Origin: Octopus bimaculoides
Lineage: Eukaryota
Assembly (NCBI RefSeq): GCF_001194135.2
Contig: NC_069003.1
Coordinates: 5,087,963-5,151,962, forward strand
DNA length: 64,000 nt
Reading direction: 5' to 3'
Shown: positions 50,909 through 64,000 of the stretch, one piece after another
Numbering within the stretch: position 1 is the first letter of the stretch
Layout of the letters: each line of letters starts with the position of its first letter
Notes under the pieces: generated by a model
Databases searched by the model: none
What the model was told of the DNA's origin: nothing
What the model saw: only the letters and a program-made list of their open reading frames with translations
Position numbers and translations under genes: made by a program

Positions 50909-51183
50909 GTTCACCATTTCTGATTTAATTGTTTCTTCTTATCAGTGTTTTTACGTCTCTAAGCAAACAGCAATTTAAATGGCGGTATTGTTTTGTGCTC
51001 TCTGAACGCACGGGCAGAGAGAGAGAGAGAGAAAGAGAGAGATGTGAGGCTGTTAGAGACGAGGTGTTAGAGAGGAGGTGGGAGAGAGAGGTAGATAGAG
51101 AGCTAGGGAGAGAGAGAGAGTGAGCGGAAAGGAGAGCGGAGGAAAAGTGTCAAGAGATAGACAGATTGCAGTACGTATATGAA

Positions 51184-51214
<31 letters not shown>

Positions 51215-52126
51215 TAGAAAAGTAGATCGACTGGCACAAACGAAGAGGTANNNNNNNNNNNNNNNNNNNNNNNNNNNNNNNNNNNNNNNNNNNNNNNNNN
51301 NNNNNNNNNNNNNNNNNNNNNNNNNNNNNNNNNNNNNNNNNNNNNNNNNNNNNNNNNNNNNNNNNNNNNNNNNNNNNNNNNNNNNNNNNNNNNNNNNNNN
51401 NNNNNNNNNNNNNNNNNNNNNNNNNNNNNNNNNNNNNNNNNNNNNNNNNNNNNNNNNNNNNNNNNNNNNNNNNNNNNNNNNNNNNNNNNNNNNNNNNNNN
51501 NNNNNNNNNNNNNNNNNNNNNNNNNNNNNNNNNNNNNNNNNNNNNNNNNNNNNNNNNNNNNNNNNNNNNNNNNNNNNNNNNNNNNNNNNNNNNNNNNNNN
51601 NNNNNNNNNNNNNNNNNNNNNNNNNNNNNNNNNNNNNNNNNNNNNNNNNNNNNNNNNNNNNNNNNNNNNNNNNNNNNNNNNNNNNNNNNNNNNNNNNNNN
51701 NNNNNNNNNNNNNNNNNNNNNNNNNNNNNNNNNNNNNNNNNNNNNNNNNNNNNNNNNNNNNNNNNNNNNNNNNNNNNNNNNNNNNNNNNNNNNNNNNNNN
51801 NNNNNNNNNNNNNNNNNNNNNNNNNNNNNNNNNNNNNNNNNNNNNNNNNNNNNNNNNNNNNNNNNNNNNNNNNNNNNNNNNNNNNNNNNNNNNNNNNNNN
51901 NNNNNNNNNNNNNNNNNNNNNNNNNNNNNNNNNNNNNNNNNNNNNNNNNNNNNNNNNNNNNNNNNNNNNNNNNNNNNNNNNNNNNNNNNNNNNNNNNNNN
52001 NNNNNNNNNNNNNNNNNNNNNNNNNNNNNNNNNNNNNNNNNNNNNNNNNNNNNNNNNNNNNNNNNNNNNNNNNNNNNNNNNNNNNNNNNNNNNNNNNNNN
52101 NNNNNNNNNNNNNNNNNNNNNNNNNN

Positions 52127-52168
<42 letters not shown>

Positions 52169-52290
52169 ATACGTATATATATATACATATGTATAGTTTG
52201 TGTATGTGTATAAGTACTGGCACATACATACAGACGCAATTATACACTGAAACATATACAATTATACATATATAAACACACCCACACCCG

Positions 52291-52333
<43 letters not shown>

Positions 52334-52419
52334 GTACATATACACGCACACATATACGCACACTTATATGCGTATATATATATATATATATATACACACA
52401 CATATGTTAAGTATATATG

Positions 52420-52725
52420 TAAGGACGCAAGCGTGGCTCGGTGGTTAAAAAGTTCTCATCGCAAAAATGAAGTCTCGAGTTCAATCTCCAGCGTGGCAAA
52501 GATCTCTAATATAGCCTCGTGTTACCTTCAAGTCTTATGAATTGCACTTCTAATTCAAAGGGGCCAGCCTTGTCCCATTCTGTGTCACGCTGAATCTCTC
52601 TGAAACCTGCGTTAGGCGTACGCGTGTCTGTGGAGTGCTCAGCCACATGCATGTTAATTTCACGAGCAGGCTGTTCCGGTGATCGTATCGACTGAAACGC
52701 TCATGGTTATAACTGACGAAGAGCC
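52420..52725 (+). mobile_element. Chimeric SINE: B-like head plus C-type tail
   Basis: Head gcaagcgtggctcggtgg...cgtggc...ctaatatagcctcg is like the 16956-17100 reverse complement. Tail aattcaaaggggccagccttgtc...ttaatttcacgagcaggctgttcc is like 17540-17700. Confidence 0.7.
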
Positions 52726-52860
52726 TGGCCATTTACCAGCACTTTCTACAAGAACAATGTTCCTAGCCTTTGAGATTTGCTTAGCTGGAAGCCACTTCGC
52801 GATCATCCATCTGCTAGAAAGAGAAGCCAAATCTCTCTCATTGATATGCTGCATATTATA
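52725..52860 (+). pseudogene. Possible RTE-clade LINE ORF-end relic
   Basis: GHLPALSTR...LSWKPLRDHPSARKRSQISLIDML loosely resembles the RTE C-terminus (YG.LP..S...LLLW.P.HG....GRP..TYID.L). Confidence 0.3.
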
Positions 52861-55213
52861 TACGAAAGAGCACATTGGATAATAAAGCCAGAGATATACT
52901 CAAGCCAATACGATGCAAGACTATATATCTTTTACCAAAGAATAAGTAAGAGCAACACCAAGAACTCTTGGTTCCAGTGCTTTGTGGTTTAATCTAAGAA
53001 GGAACTTTTGTCTCGAAGATCTACCCCAGACTGTAGAGAAAGAAATCCGACTCAAGACAGAGAAAGATTAAACCTCTCGGCAAATATCTCATCAAATGCA
53101 TACGACAGTATGGAATTCGTTAAATACGGATTATGTTAAACCCGGAGATGGATTAAGGCATTTACTACCCAGTACAATACACAGTCAATCTGATTTGCTT
53201 TCAACTAGTTTCCATTAACGCAGATGGATTCAAAAACACATTGATTAACTGTACGATATGGTTGTTCAAAGATACTTGCCTAAGATGAATCACAAAACAT
53301 GTGAGCAGAAATAGCGGTGTAGTAGTTGAGAAGCAAGATTGTAAACTATACGACTGTGTGTGCCCTCCAGATTGCAATCAAGACCGTTTTACTTCTGGTA
53401 CTGATTTTACCCTGGATATCACTGAAATATTCGAGTCTCCTGTTTAAATATTTGCTTCCATATTTATATCTAACATAGCAATCTGCTATTTAATTGATGA
53501 ATTGTGTTAATTAAGTTAATGCTCAATGGACAGTGATTATCATCTGGTCATCAATGCCAAATCGATTCTGCCATCCCACCAAATATACGCATATTTCTGC
53601 ATGAGTGTATATATATATATATNNNNNNNNNNNNNNNNNNNNNNNNNNNNNNNNNNNNNNNNNNNNNNNNNNNNNNNNNNNNNNNNNNNNNNNNNNNNNN
53701 NNNNNNNNNNNNNNNNNNNNNNNNNNNNNNNNNNNNNNNNNNNNNNNNNNNNNNNNNNNNNNNNNNNNNNNNNNNNNNNNNNNNNNNNNNNNNNNNNNNN
53801 NNNNNNNNNNNNNNNNNNNNNNNNNNNNNNNNNNNNNNNNNNNNNNNNNNNNNNNNNNNNNNNNNNNNNNNNNNNNNNNNNNNNNNNNNNNNNNNNNNNN
53901 NNNNNNNNNNNNNNNNNNNNNNNNNNNNNNNNNNNNNNNNNNNNNNNNNNNNNNNNNNNNNNNNNNNNNNNNNNNNNNNNNNNNNNNNNNNNNNNNNNNN
54001 NNNNNNNNNNNNNNNNNNNNNNNNNNNNNNNNNNNNNNNNNNNNNNNNNNNNNNNNNNNNNNNNNNNNNNNNNNNNNNNNNNNNNNNNNNNNNNNNNNNN
54101 NNNNNNNNNNNNNNNNNNNNNNNNNNNNNNNNNNNNNNNNNNNNNNNNNNNNNNNNNNNNNNNNNNNNNNNNNNNNNNNNNNNNNNNNNNNNNNNNNNNN
54201 NNNNNNNGGCAGCGGTAGTGGTGTTAGAACGATGGTGGATGAGGAGGCGGTGGTGGCGCCCGACCTGATAGTGGCGGTGGTGGTGGCGGTGGTTTTTCTA
54301 TTGGTGGTGAGCTAAAGGTGGTTATGAGTGGTAGAGGTGCGGACGGAGTGGGGAATTGGATGGGGGTGGGGGTGACAGAGCCGATCACGCGACCATCTTA
54401 TTATTATTAGATTGAATCAAATCATGGAGGGGCGGTAAATCTGTAGACGGTAGAGGGAGCTAAAGTAGCGAGTGTTAAAAGCCTCGTTCTGAAGAGATAG
54501 CGCGATCACAGCGCACACCATTATTCAATTAAACGCGTTACACAGACAAACACGCACACGCGCGCACACAAACACACATATATACATACAAGGCAGCACA
54601 TACATACATGCACACATGTATATATATACATACGTATACACACACACACATATACATACTTACATATGCATATACTGACACACGCCTGTATACATCGACA
54701 AACATACAAGTTTACTGTTATACAGATATTCACGTGTAATAGACACAAATGAACATACACACATGCATAAACAANNNNNNNNNNGTATACATCGACAAAC
54801 ATACAAGTTTACTGTTATACAGATATTCACGTGTAATAGACACAAATGAACATACACACATGCATAAACAAGTATGTGTACATGTACATATGCATATAAA
54901 TGCATGGTGACATACACATATAGACGATGAACGCGTGTATTTGCACGCACACACACATGCAGGCCCATACATGCACACACAACATTCAAACACATATATT
55001 TATGTTACGAACACATCAAAAACGGGTGTAAATATGTATGTNNNNNNNNNNTACACATATAGACGATGAACGCGTGTATTTGCACGCACACACACATGCA
55101 GGCGCATACATGCACACACAACATTCAAACACACATATATTTATGTTACGAACACATCAAAAACGGGTGTAAATATGTATGTATGTATGTATGTATGTAT
55201 ATACATATACATT

Positions 55214-55309
<96 letters not shown>

Positions 55310-55465
55310 CTGAGAGGTAGATAGATAGATAGATAGATAGATAGGTGGACAGATGTTTAAATAACTCAACACGTAACGCAATCACTTCCAATTATACATA
55401 TACACACACATATATTTACGCTAAAACATATAAACACTGCCTAATACACACACACACATACATAC

Positions 55466-55508
<43 letters not shown>

Positions 55509-56026
55509 CATAAAACATACATATACATATATTTACATATACATATATATACATATACATACATACATTCATGCATGCATACATGCATATATACATGCAT
55601 CTGTACATAGCAGTGCACAGAAACATGCACAGATGTACGCATCCCAATCTCACTTGTGCATGCACTTGTATTCGTAGACATATGCACATAGACATGCACA
55701 TTTGCTCATGTGCATACGCGGCAAGAAACAAGGCCACGTGTACGGAAGGACAAAATGAAAGTTATCAACGTGCAGGAAAACGCCGAGTACATATACATAC
55801 ACATATCCACGCACATCTATATGTGTACGACATGTTTACACATATCGATGCACAGTTCACACATCTACAGATATGCGCACAAGCATACATGTCTGTACAT
55901 ACACACACATGGAAATAAACGCAAAAGAATACGCAGATTTAAATATAGACACAATTATACACACACACTTATCTCCACGCAGATATTCATACAAGCATGC
56001 ACACACACACAACTACTCTCATTCTG

Positions 56027-56074
<48 letters not shown>

Positions 56075-56369
56075 ATGTATGTGTGTATACATCCTTATAT
56101 GGATATATATATACACATAAATACGAGGGTTGTAAGAAAAGTCGTGAGCTGCAAGAAAACAAAACATGGTATAAGACTTCAAGGCTCAAAACTTTTCATA
56201 CACNNNNNNNNNNNNNNNNNNNNNNNNNNNNNNNNNNNNNNNNNNNNNNNNNNNNNNNNNNNNNNNNNNNNNNNNNNNNNNNNNNNNNNNNNNNNNNNNN
56301 NNNNNNNNNNNNNTATATATGTATTATGTATGTATGTATGTATTTAAGTGTATATAGAGAGAATTCATA

Positions 56370-56540
56370 AAAAAACAAAAGACGAAGACAAGTGGTGTAG
56401 ACAACAAACAGATGTATTACTTTAACGCTCGGGAAGTGAAAAAGTCTTTAACGTTTCGAGCCTACGCTCTTCCACAGAACAGAAAGAAACAAGGAGAGAA
56501 AATAAAGAATGTGTAGTGGCTAGCGATCTATCATGGCGAA
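56370..56540 (-). mobile_element. Penelope-type pseudo-LTR-like repeat
   Basis: The minus strand reads gaagagcgtaggctcgaaacgttaaagactttttcacttcccgagcgttaaa...tgtttgttgtctacaccacttgtcttcgtc, which has the GAAGA...CGAAACGT architecture of PLE termini. Confidence 0.5.
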
Positions 56541-57143
56541 TGTACATACATACATACATACATACATACATACATACATACATACATACACAGGGTGCAG
56601 TGAATAAATCGTCGTCTAAATTATGAAAAAATGAAAATAATCCTGACACCTCATTTTAACAGATATACTTATCAAAATTATCCCTCACATATCGTCTCAC
56701 ATATTTGTCCCCAGTAATTCTCAATCTATATATCTACTGTTGCCTCTCTCTATTCCCCTTCTCTTTCTCTTTCTTTCTTTCTTTCTCTCACTCCCCCTCT
56801 CTCTCTTTCTCTGTCTCTCTCTTGCTCACTTTCTCCCCCCTCTCTCTATCTCTTTCCACTTTTGGTGCTTTGTCCTTTTCCAATCTCTCTCTCATTATGT
56901 TTTCTTCCTTCTCTCTATCTCTTTCTTCCACTTCCCACAAACTATCTCTCTTTCACCCTCTCTCCCCTCTCTCTTTCTCTGCGAATATACATACATGTAT
57001 ACATGCATATATATACAAATATATGTATATATACACGCACACACACACATACACATACACATATATCGCTTTTGATACAATTATCTCTCAATATCTCACT
57101 TTATTTCAATATCTGTCCTTATTGACAGTACATATACTCCCAA

Positions 57144-57177
<34 letters not shown>

Positions 57178-57530
57178 GACACACACCACACATTCACCAT
57201 ACAGCGCACTATGCATACATACATACACATACGTAAAATTCTCAGTTGGCAGCATTACTCCCAGGCCCCGCCCTCCCCCTTCAAATTCTGGTCAATATAC
57301 ATTGTTGCAGGCCCAGCTCCCCGCCTCTGCTCCCTACTTCAACACAGCATTGAACCTTCAGTCAAGTAGGTGAAAGCTTTAAAGCCAGTCAATGGTCAAC
57401 TGAAGCCAAACAATCCCTGGCTGACCTGTCGTTCACGTTTTCAAGGTTAACAACAATTCTGTCGAAATATTTTCACTTAGTGTGCAATTTCGACGCTACG
57501 TATTCGGTCCGTGTATGCATATGTGTGAGT

Positions 57531-57575
<45 letters not shown>

Positions 57576-57677
57576 GGCGTGTGTATGAGTATGTCTATGT
57601 ATGTACATATTTTAATGTAGTATATATCATATATCCATACCTATACACACATTCACTATAAACATGCACACACACGC

Positions 57678-57710
<33 letters not shown>

Positions 57711-57720
57711 NNNNNNNNNN

Positions 57721-57763
<43 letters not shown>

Positions 57764-57861
57764 TATGACTGAAGTAAATAAACACCCTTATAATCGTTAA
57801 GATTTATTTAAATCTAAAATTATGCATCTAAGTTATTTATTAATTATTATAATGTGAATAT

Positions 57862-58098
57862 CTAATATTTAGTAGAGAAACCCTTTACATCTTTCAATGC
57901 AAGGACCCTATTCAATACGCCACTGGTTAGACGACGAATATTCTCTTGAGGAAGTTCTTGCCAAGTTTCACGCAATAATCTCAAAAGTTCTGGCTTTGAG
58001 GATGCTTTCTTGGTCTTCTTATGAATTATCTTGTCCGTTAGGCGTCAGAGGTGTTCAATAGGGTTCATATCTGGTGACTGGCCTGGCCATGGAAGCTT
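57862..58098 (-). pseudogene. Tc1-family transposase C-terminal relic
   Basis: KLPWPGQSPDMNPIEHL*RLTDKIIHKKTKKASSKPELLRLLRETWQELPQENIRRLTSGVLNRVLALKDVKGFSTKY* contains the WPSQSPDLNPIE motif and the KG.TKY end. Confidence 0.9.
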
Positions 58099-58159
58099 TT
58101 AAGTGCCATTTGAAAGAGCTTTGGTAGCTATTTCTAACATGTAACGACTCCTTTTTAGA

Positions 58160-58372
58160 CAACCGGTTTCAAATTTTGGCACAACGCCAGCAAGTTCGGG
58201 GTGGGGGGGGGACAAGTCAATTACATTGACCCAAGTCCTCAACTGGTACTTATTTTATCGACCCCGAAAGGATGAAAGGCAAAGTCGACCTCGGCGAAAT
58301 TTGAACTTAGGACATAAAGACGGACGAAATACCGCTAAGCATTTTATCTGGCATGATAACGATTCTGCAAGA
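58160..58372 (-). mobile_element. SINE-A, near full-length
   Basis: ttattttatcgaccccgaaaggatgaaaggcaaagtcgacctcggcgaaatttgaac...gaaataccgctaagcat. Confidence 0.9.
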
Positions 58373-59250
58373 TCCGGCATCAACCATATTGCATAGATTA
58401 GGTGAATGTATCTTTTGAAAACATTAGTGTGTGGTTTGAGGGAAATTTAGCTACTATTTCTAACATGCAACCCTTATAAGCCTTTAATACCCTACGTCTT
58501 TGTGAAACATTTTATGCTTGTATAGCGTGTGTTCAAGTAGGGGTTAAGTTTTTTTAAGGGCTCACAGTCATGCTCCTAAAAGGGCCTTACAGCCATAAAA
58601 GTCAAGAAGCTGAGGTCAAAGGTGAAATCGAATGTAACTTGGTTTGGAGTATATTTTTAAGTATTTATAAGTATTTTCATTTAATATTCTTGAGAATGGT
58701 CTGAATTGCTGTTAAAAGGGTTCTTGAAGCGTGGATTTCATTATTGCAATCCGCCCTTTTCTAGCGCTAGCATTCTGGGTTGGAGGAGGTTTTTTTTTAG
58801 CCCTCCCTCCCCTCCCTGGGCTATAGTTGTTTCATTATGTCCAATCCTCATATACATTGTGCTTATATCTAAGAAAAACAAAAAGACGTTAAGATTGAAC
58901 CAGGACCTTCTGTATCCGCATGTTGTATGTTAATGAAAAGTTTATTGTCCTATAAAGGTAGACAGGTGTAAAAGCAGCTTCAACTGGGCGTGGAGTAGGC
59001 ATTGAATGTGGCGAAGCACTGATGTAGAAAGATGTTGGAGTAGCATTTTCTTCTTGTATTTTTTTTTTTTGTGTGTGTGTTTGTAGGTGTGTGGGTGTTT
59101 TTTTTAACAGTTTTCAACAAGCTTTAACAACAACACGAATTAACATCAGCCTCCGAGAAGGTAAGGACTTGTTTTACATATTCAATTTCTGCTGTTAAAT
59201 TGTTAAATGACAAGAAGAAAAACATTCTAGACATTAATAATAATAACAAC

Positions 59251-59305
<55 letters not shown>

Positions 59306-59987
59306 GTGACAGTCATATAAAAAAAAAGACACAGGAGACAAGATGGCGTAACATTTAAAAGCATGAAGCTACGGGAGAAAAATAAAAATATATAAATAAA
59401 TTTATGAAACGGGTGTTAGCGTAACAAAACAAAATAACAAATATAAATAATAAAACGCGATCGGACAATCGTTAAAAGTGTGCATATAATTTGTGAATTT
59501 GTGAGATGTTGGTGATGTCTGTCTTGTAGTCTTGGCTTGACTTGGCTTCATTTTGGCTTGTCGGCTGCCTGGGTGCGCGGCTGGATGATTTCGCTTAAAG
59601 AGAAAGAGAGAGAGAGAAAGAGAGAGAAAGCCTTGAAAATTTCTGACCAAAGATTTGTGAGCTATGTGGATGTATTCGTTGATTAGGTAGGTGACTTTTG
59701 CTATTTATTATTCATAGCATTATTTTACAGTGGTGATACCTCAGAAGATGATGGTTTGCAGCTGCTGGAAAGACGAGAGAGAGACACCTCCTTCGTGACA
59801 TTAAACTCAAGTGTTTCCAATTATGACGCTATTCAAACGCCAACGACAGCACATATACAAACCCTCAAATTATTCTGCCTACATACATACATATGCATGC
59901 ATGCATGTATGTATGTATGTATGTATGTATGTATGTATATATGTATGTATGTATGTATGCATACATGTATGTATATATGTATGTATG

Positions 59988-60019
<32 letters not shown>

Positions 60020-60438
60020 TCTATGTATGTATCTGTGTATGCGCGTATGTGTATATACTTGTATAAATATATATATATATATATATATANNNNNNNNNNN
60101 NNNNNNNNNNNNNNNNNNNNNNNNNNNNNNNNNNNNNNNNNNNNNNNNNNNNNNNNNNNNNNNNNNNNNNNNNNNNNNNNNNNNNNNNNNNNNNNNNNNN
60201 NNNNNNNNNNNNNNNNNNNNNNNNNNNNNNNNNNNNNNNNNNNNNNNNNNNNNNNNNNNNNNNNNNTATATGTATACATATATATATACATATATATGCA
60301 TACACATAAATACATATAAAAGTGTGTACGTATGTATATGTACACGCACACAAACATATATATAAATGTATATATATACATGCATATATATATATGTATA
60401 TATATGTATATGCATATGTATATATATGTATATGCATA

Positions 60439-60496
<58 letters not shown>

Positions 60497-60881
60497 GTAT
60501 ATGTATATATCTTGGAGGAGGAAAAAACTGTTGTCTTTTTTGTCTCTTGCTGTTTTATGTTGTTTTTTGTTGTTGGATTTTTGGTTTTGAGTTGTTGTTT
60601 TTTGTTTTTCTTTCTTTTCTTTGCGTCCATTTCTTCTTCTGAAAGTTCTTCCCGCCTACCGCCGCCCCTACCCGACTCCACCTACCCACCACACCCTTCC
60701 TCTACCTTCAGAATCTCGGTTCTATGAAGCGTCTAAAACGTACATAACCCTAAACTATCAAAAACTCTAAAAGCCATGCGCCAACTCAATAATTAACGTG
60801 TTGTTTGGAACCATTTAATACAACCCTCTCCACCCACGACCAATACCCACCAAAAAATGGTCTTTTCTCTTCTCTCTTTCT

Positions 60882-60966
<85 letters not shown>

Positions 60967-61160
60967 TTCTGTGTCAAGCAGTATAAAATCTATTGGAGCG
61001 TGGAATTATTCCTCTGCTGCAGCAAGAAAAACGAAGAACACAAAGAATTTATATGCGAAAGGAAAAAATAAAAAAAAACAACAAAATAGTAATAAATAAA
61101 GACAAACAACAAAAGCGAAAAAGATGTATATTCTCTGAATTTATTTACTTTATTGCTGTG

Positions 61161-61192
<32 letters not shown>

Positions 61193-61460
61193 CTCGCAGG
61201 AATTGTGCAAAAGTCCGTTGGATGTTAAATGCATATGCATGATATATATACATATATATACATGCGCAAATAATATAAATATATGTATAAATATAGAGAG
61301 AGAAAGCGAAAGAAATATATAGACAGATAGATAGATACATACATACATACATACATACATATACAAATATATATAAATGTGTGTATATATAAATACATAC
61401 ATACAAGCATCGTATATATGTATATGTGTGTACCTACATACACTTATATACATATGTATG

Positions 61461-61494
<34 letters not shown>

Positions 61495-61504
61495 NNNNNN
61501 NNNN

Positions 61505-61543
<39 letters not shown>

Positions 61544-61779
61544 TCTATATGCATATATATCCGCATCTATATATATACGCACTTATATATATAAAAATCT
61601 GTGTGTATGCATACATAAATACATGCACGCATACATACATACATACATACATACATACATACATACATACATGCTCGCATTCATACACAAATACATACTT
61701 ACATGCTTATATATCGATGGGTGGAATTCAGAAATGGTAGAGCAGCAGAGAAATATATCATCTTGTTGATATTGTTGTT

Positions 61780-61920
61780 GTTATTTAACTGTAGTCCTGC
61801 CCTGATTCCACAGAACTACGATCAAAAGCATTTCGGCTATGACCAACCCATCAATTTTTTTCAGGCTAATATACCCTCTTTAACATGCTCTTTTCTAACA
61901 TGAAGTACGTAATTTGAGGT
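61780..61920 (+). repeat. Dispersed repeat D fragment
   Basis: tttaactgtagtcctgccctga...tacgatcaaaagcat...atgaccaacccatc...gtaatttgagg is homologous to 15265-15420. Confidence 0.5.
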
Positions 61921-62649
61921 AGTTCTCACTTTTATTTTGTTGCAGTTAAAGAACAACTACATGTATATATATGTTTCGGTGTAACTGGTCTCGTCAGTGT
62001 AGTACAGTTCATCCGAACTTATAGATCGATTCACTAAATACATTTATACATAATAAATATGCAACTGAATATCAGTTTATCCTTTCCCTAAGCATGCAAA
62101 TTAACTCAGAAATTTAATGTCAATTGTTTGAAGTTGTCTCCCCTTATAAACGTTCCTAAAGGTTCATTGTCACTGGCTTTTTGAATTGTTTACCCTTATT
62201 TCTCTTAATTTTCGATTATATAAATTAATCTTACCCCCAAAATATACTTAACATTTTCTATGTATAAACTTCATTTTCTGCAGATTTGGTTTAAGTCCAC
62301 TGTTCTGACGAGTTCAAATAGTCCGAAACTTATGTCCATAGCTGTCTTTTCCATGTGGAAAAAGATCTCGCTCTCGTTTTGTCTATGCATGTAAACTTAA
62401 TTGAAGAATTCCATCCTAAAAATTCTAAACCTCCACTTAATCAAGTTCAGGTACATAAAAATGCCATAGGACAATTGAAACACTACCATAACAACCCTGT
62501 CTCTCCCAGTCAGTTCAGGCATTCCTACATTTTACCAAGCTGTTTCAACATCATCCTCTGAACGCTACTTTAACACTTTCAGTCTGCGACACAGATACAA
62601 CATCCCTGTAGTACCCATCCTACCAATACCGTCTCTTCCCCTTCTCAGA

Positions 62650-62775
62650 TTCACACACTTATGGCAGCGGCCCTTCAGTATTTCTAAATCATGTAAAAGA
62701 ACTCGAAAGTTTGGGCCTCCAGCCAGGCCTTTCACGATACCCTTAAAGCCAAGAAGTTTTCAGCACCACCCCACC
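62650..62775 (+). mobile_element. Mariner-type MITE, 3' half
   Basis: taaaagaactcg...gggcctccagccaggcctttcacgatacccttaaagccaagaagttttcagcacc matches 33740-33815. Confidence 0.75.
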
Positions 62776-63095
62776 CCTAGTACATCTGTAACAGCTCACA
62801 ACACTACTACAACACCATCCTACTAGCACTACGTCTCCCACTACGTCACACACTTTTGTAACACCCTCCACACAACACTACTGCAATGTCATCCTAACAA
62901 CACTATTTTATCGCTCAGTACAGATACATCTCTAACACCATAACACCCTACAACGCTACCACAACACCATCCTACCAACACACACACATACTCTCTCCCG
63001 CTCACCCAACCCCCCACACACATCTACAACACCCCACAACACTGTTACAACATCATCCTAACAACGCTATCTCTTCCACTTAGTCTAGACATAGC

Positions 63096-63700
63096 TATTA
63101 GATTGGTGCAAAATAATTGTTTTTTGTTATTTTAACCTTTGAGGTTTATTTTGGAAGAAACGTTCATGTAATATACTATTTTGAATCTCTTTAGATTTCG
63201 ATCTATTGAATAATACTGATGGTTTTGCTTGCACAGTTAATTCCTGTTTATTTTAGGCTGTCAAATTAAAAAATAGAAAAAAGCAAATTCGGACGATTTT
63301 ATTGTCAAGGAACGTACAGCTTCAAAAATTTGTTTTCAGAAATTTCCAGTAAAGCAGACGATATCTTTTAAGATGAGGAAGTTTGCGAGTTACCATCTTC
63401 TAAGATTTACCACGACCAATGGAGGATCATTACTAAAGCTTACTCACGCAAAATAATTGGAAGCGTTGCAGGAGAACTAAATGTTGAACAGTTAAATGTT
63501 GTTATATATTTGCATTAGACTAGACAGTCAAAAAGGAGTGATAAACGGGTGCTGCACTAGCTGAATGGAAGTTAGAATTAAAAGATTCATCTCACGAAAT
63601 CTATTCTGCACTTCATTTGGGCCCCAAAACAAAAAAAAACTATTAATTTCTTGATAGTATTGCGACAAGTGAAGTGACGAGAAATTGATCCTATAACAAC
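63096..63700 (+). pseudogene. Hsmar1-like (cecropia-type) mariner relic with left TIR
   Basis: TA plus ttagattggtgcaaaataattg (compare TTAGGTTGGTGCAAAAGTAATTG). DEEVCELPSSKIYHDQWRIITKAYSRKIIGSVAGELNVEQLNVVIYLH*TRQSKRSDKRVLH*LN aligns to the mariner HTH-to-WVPHEL region. Confidence 0.8.
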
Positions 63701-64000
63701 AGCTGAGAGCAGGACTGGACGACTTGGCGCAGCTGTTCAGGCGTTGGTGATTGGCGCAGCTGTTCGGGCGTTGGCGCGGCTGACTGGACATTCGCCTCGT
63801 TTTGACCACAGAAATTTTTCGGAAGCAACTGCACATATACACACGTGCGCATGCATACGCACACGTAGAAATATACACATATAGTTACAGTGAAAAGAGA
63901 GAGAGAAAAAGAAAGAGAGAAAGAGACATACAGACAGATAGAAGGAGGGAGATTGAAAGGGAAAGAGAGTGAGAGACATTACAATTTATTAATTGAACCT

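Noticed and set aside
56122-56203. Possible short mariner MITE starting tacgagggttg
   Set aside because: The right end runs into a gap, so the TIR pair cannot be confirmed.
63353-63361. AGCAGACGA as another copy of the recurrent motif
   Set aside because: It is only 9 nt and lies inside the mariner coding relic, so it was not counted.

Overview
Eukaryotic, AT-rich, draft-quality genomic DNA. About 10 kb (~15%) is N-gaps and simple repeats are extremely dense. The SINE families, mariner relics and microsatellite load resemble those I recall from Octopus (coleoid cephalopod) assemblies; this is inference, not a database result. No host protein-coding gene, RNA gene or CRISPR array could be supported. 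Nearly all long ORFs in the track are artefacts of microsatellites or gaps, so the window looks intronic or intergenic. Identifiable content: ~16 copies or fragments of one tRNA-like SINE (here SINE-A), several copies of two other SINEs (B, C), a fourth dispersed repeat, four mariner transposase relics, one Tc1 relic, two mariner-type MITE pieces, Penelope-like fragments, and three different R4/Dong-type 3' ends, each embedded in (TAA)n. The most interesting unexplained signals are: (1) a 12-mer AGCAGACGACAC recurring in unrelated unique flanks, often beside a GCCAT (YY1/Pho-like) core; (2) a stack of TAA-targeted retroelements, including a bipartite element whose 5' end has HDV-ribozyme-like topology; (3) a 16-bp minisatellite built from GTCANNTGAC (CLEAR/E-box-like) palindromes; (4) a 10-bp-period array next to a YY1/ETS promoter-like patch.
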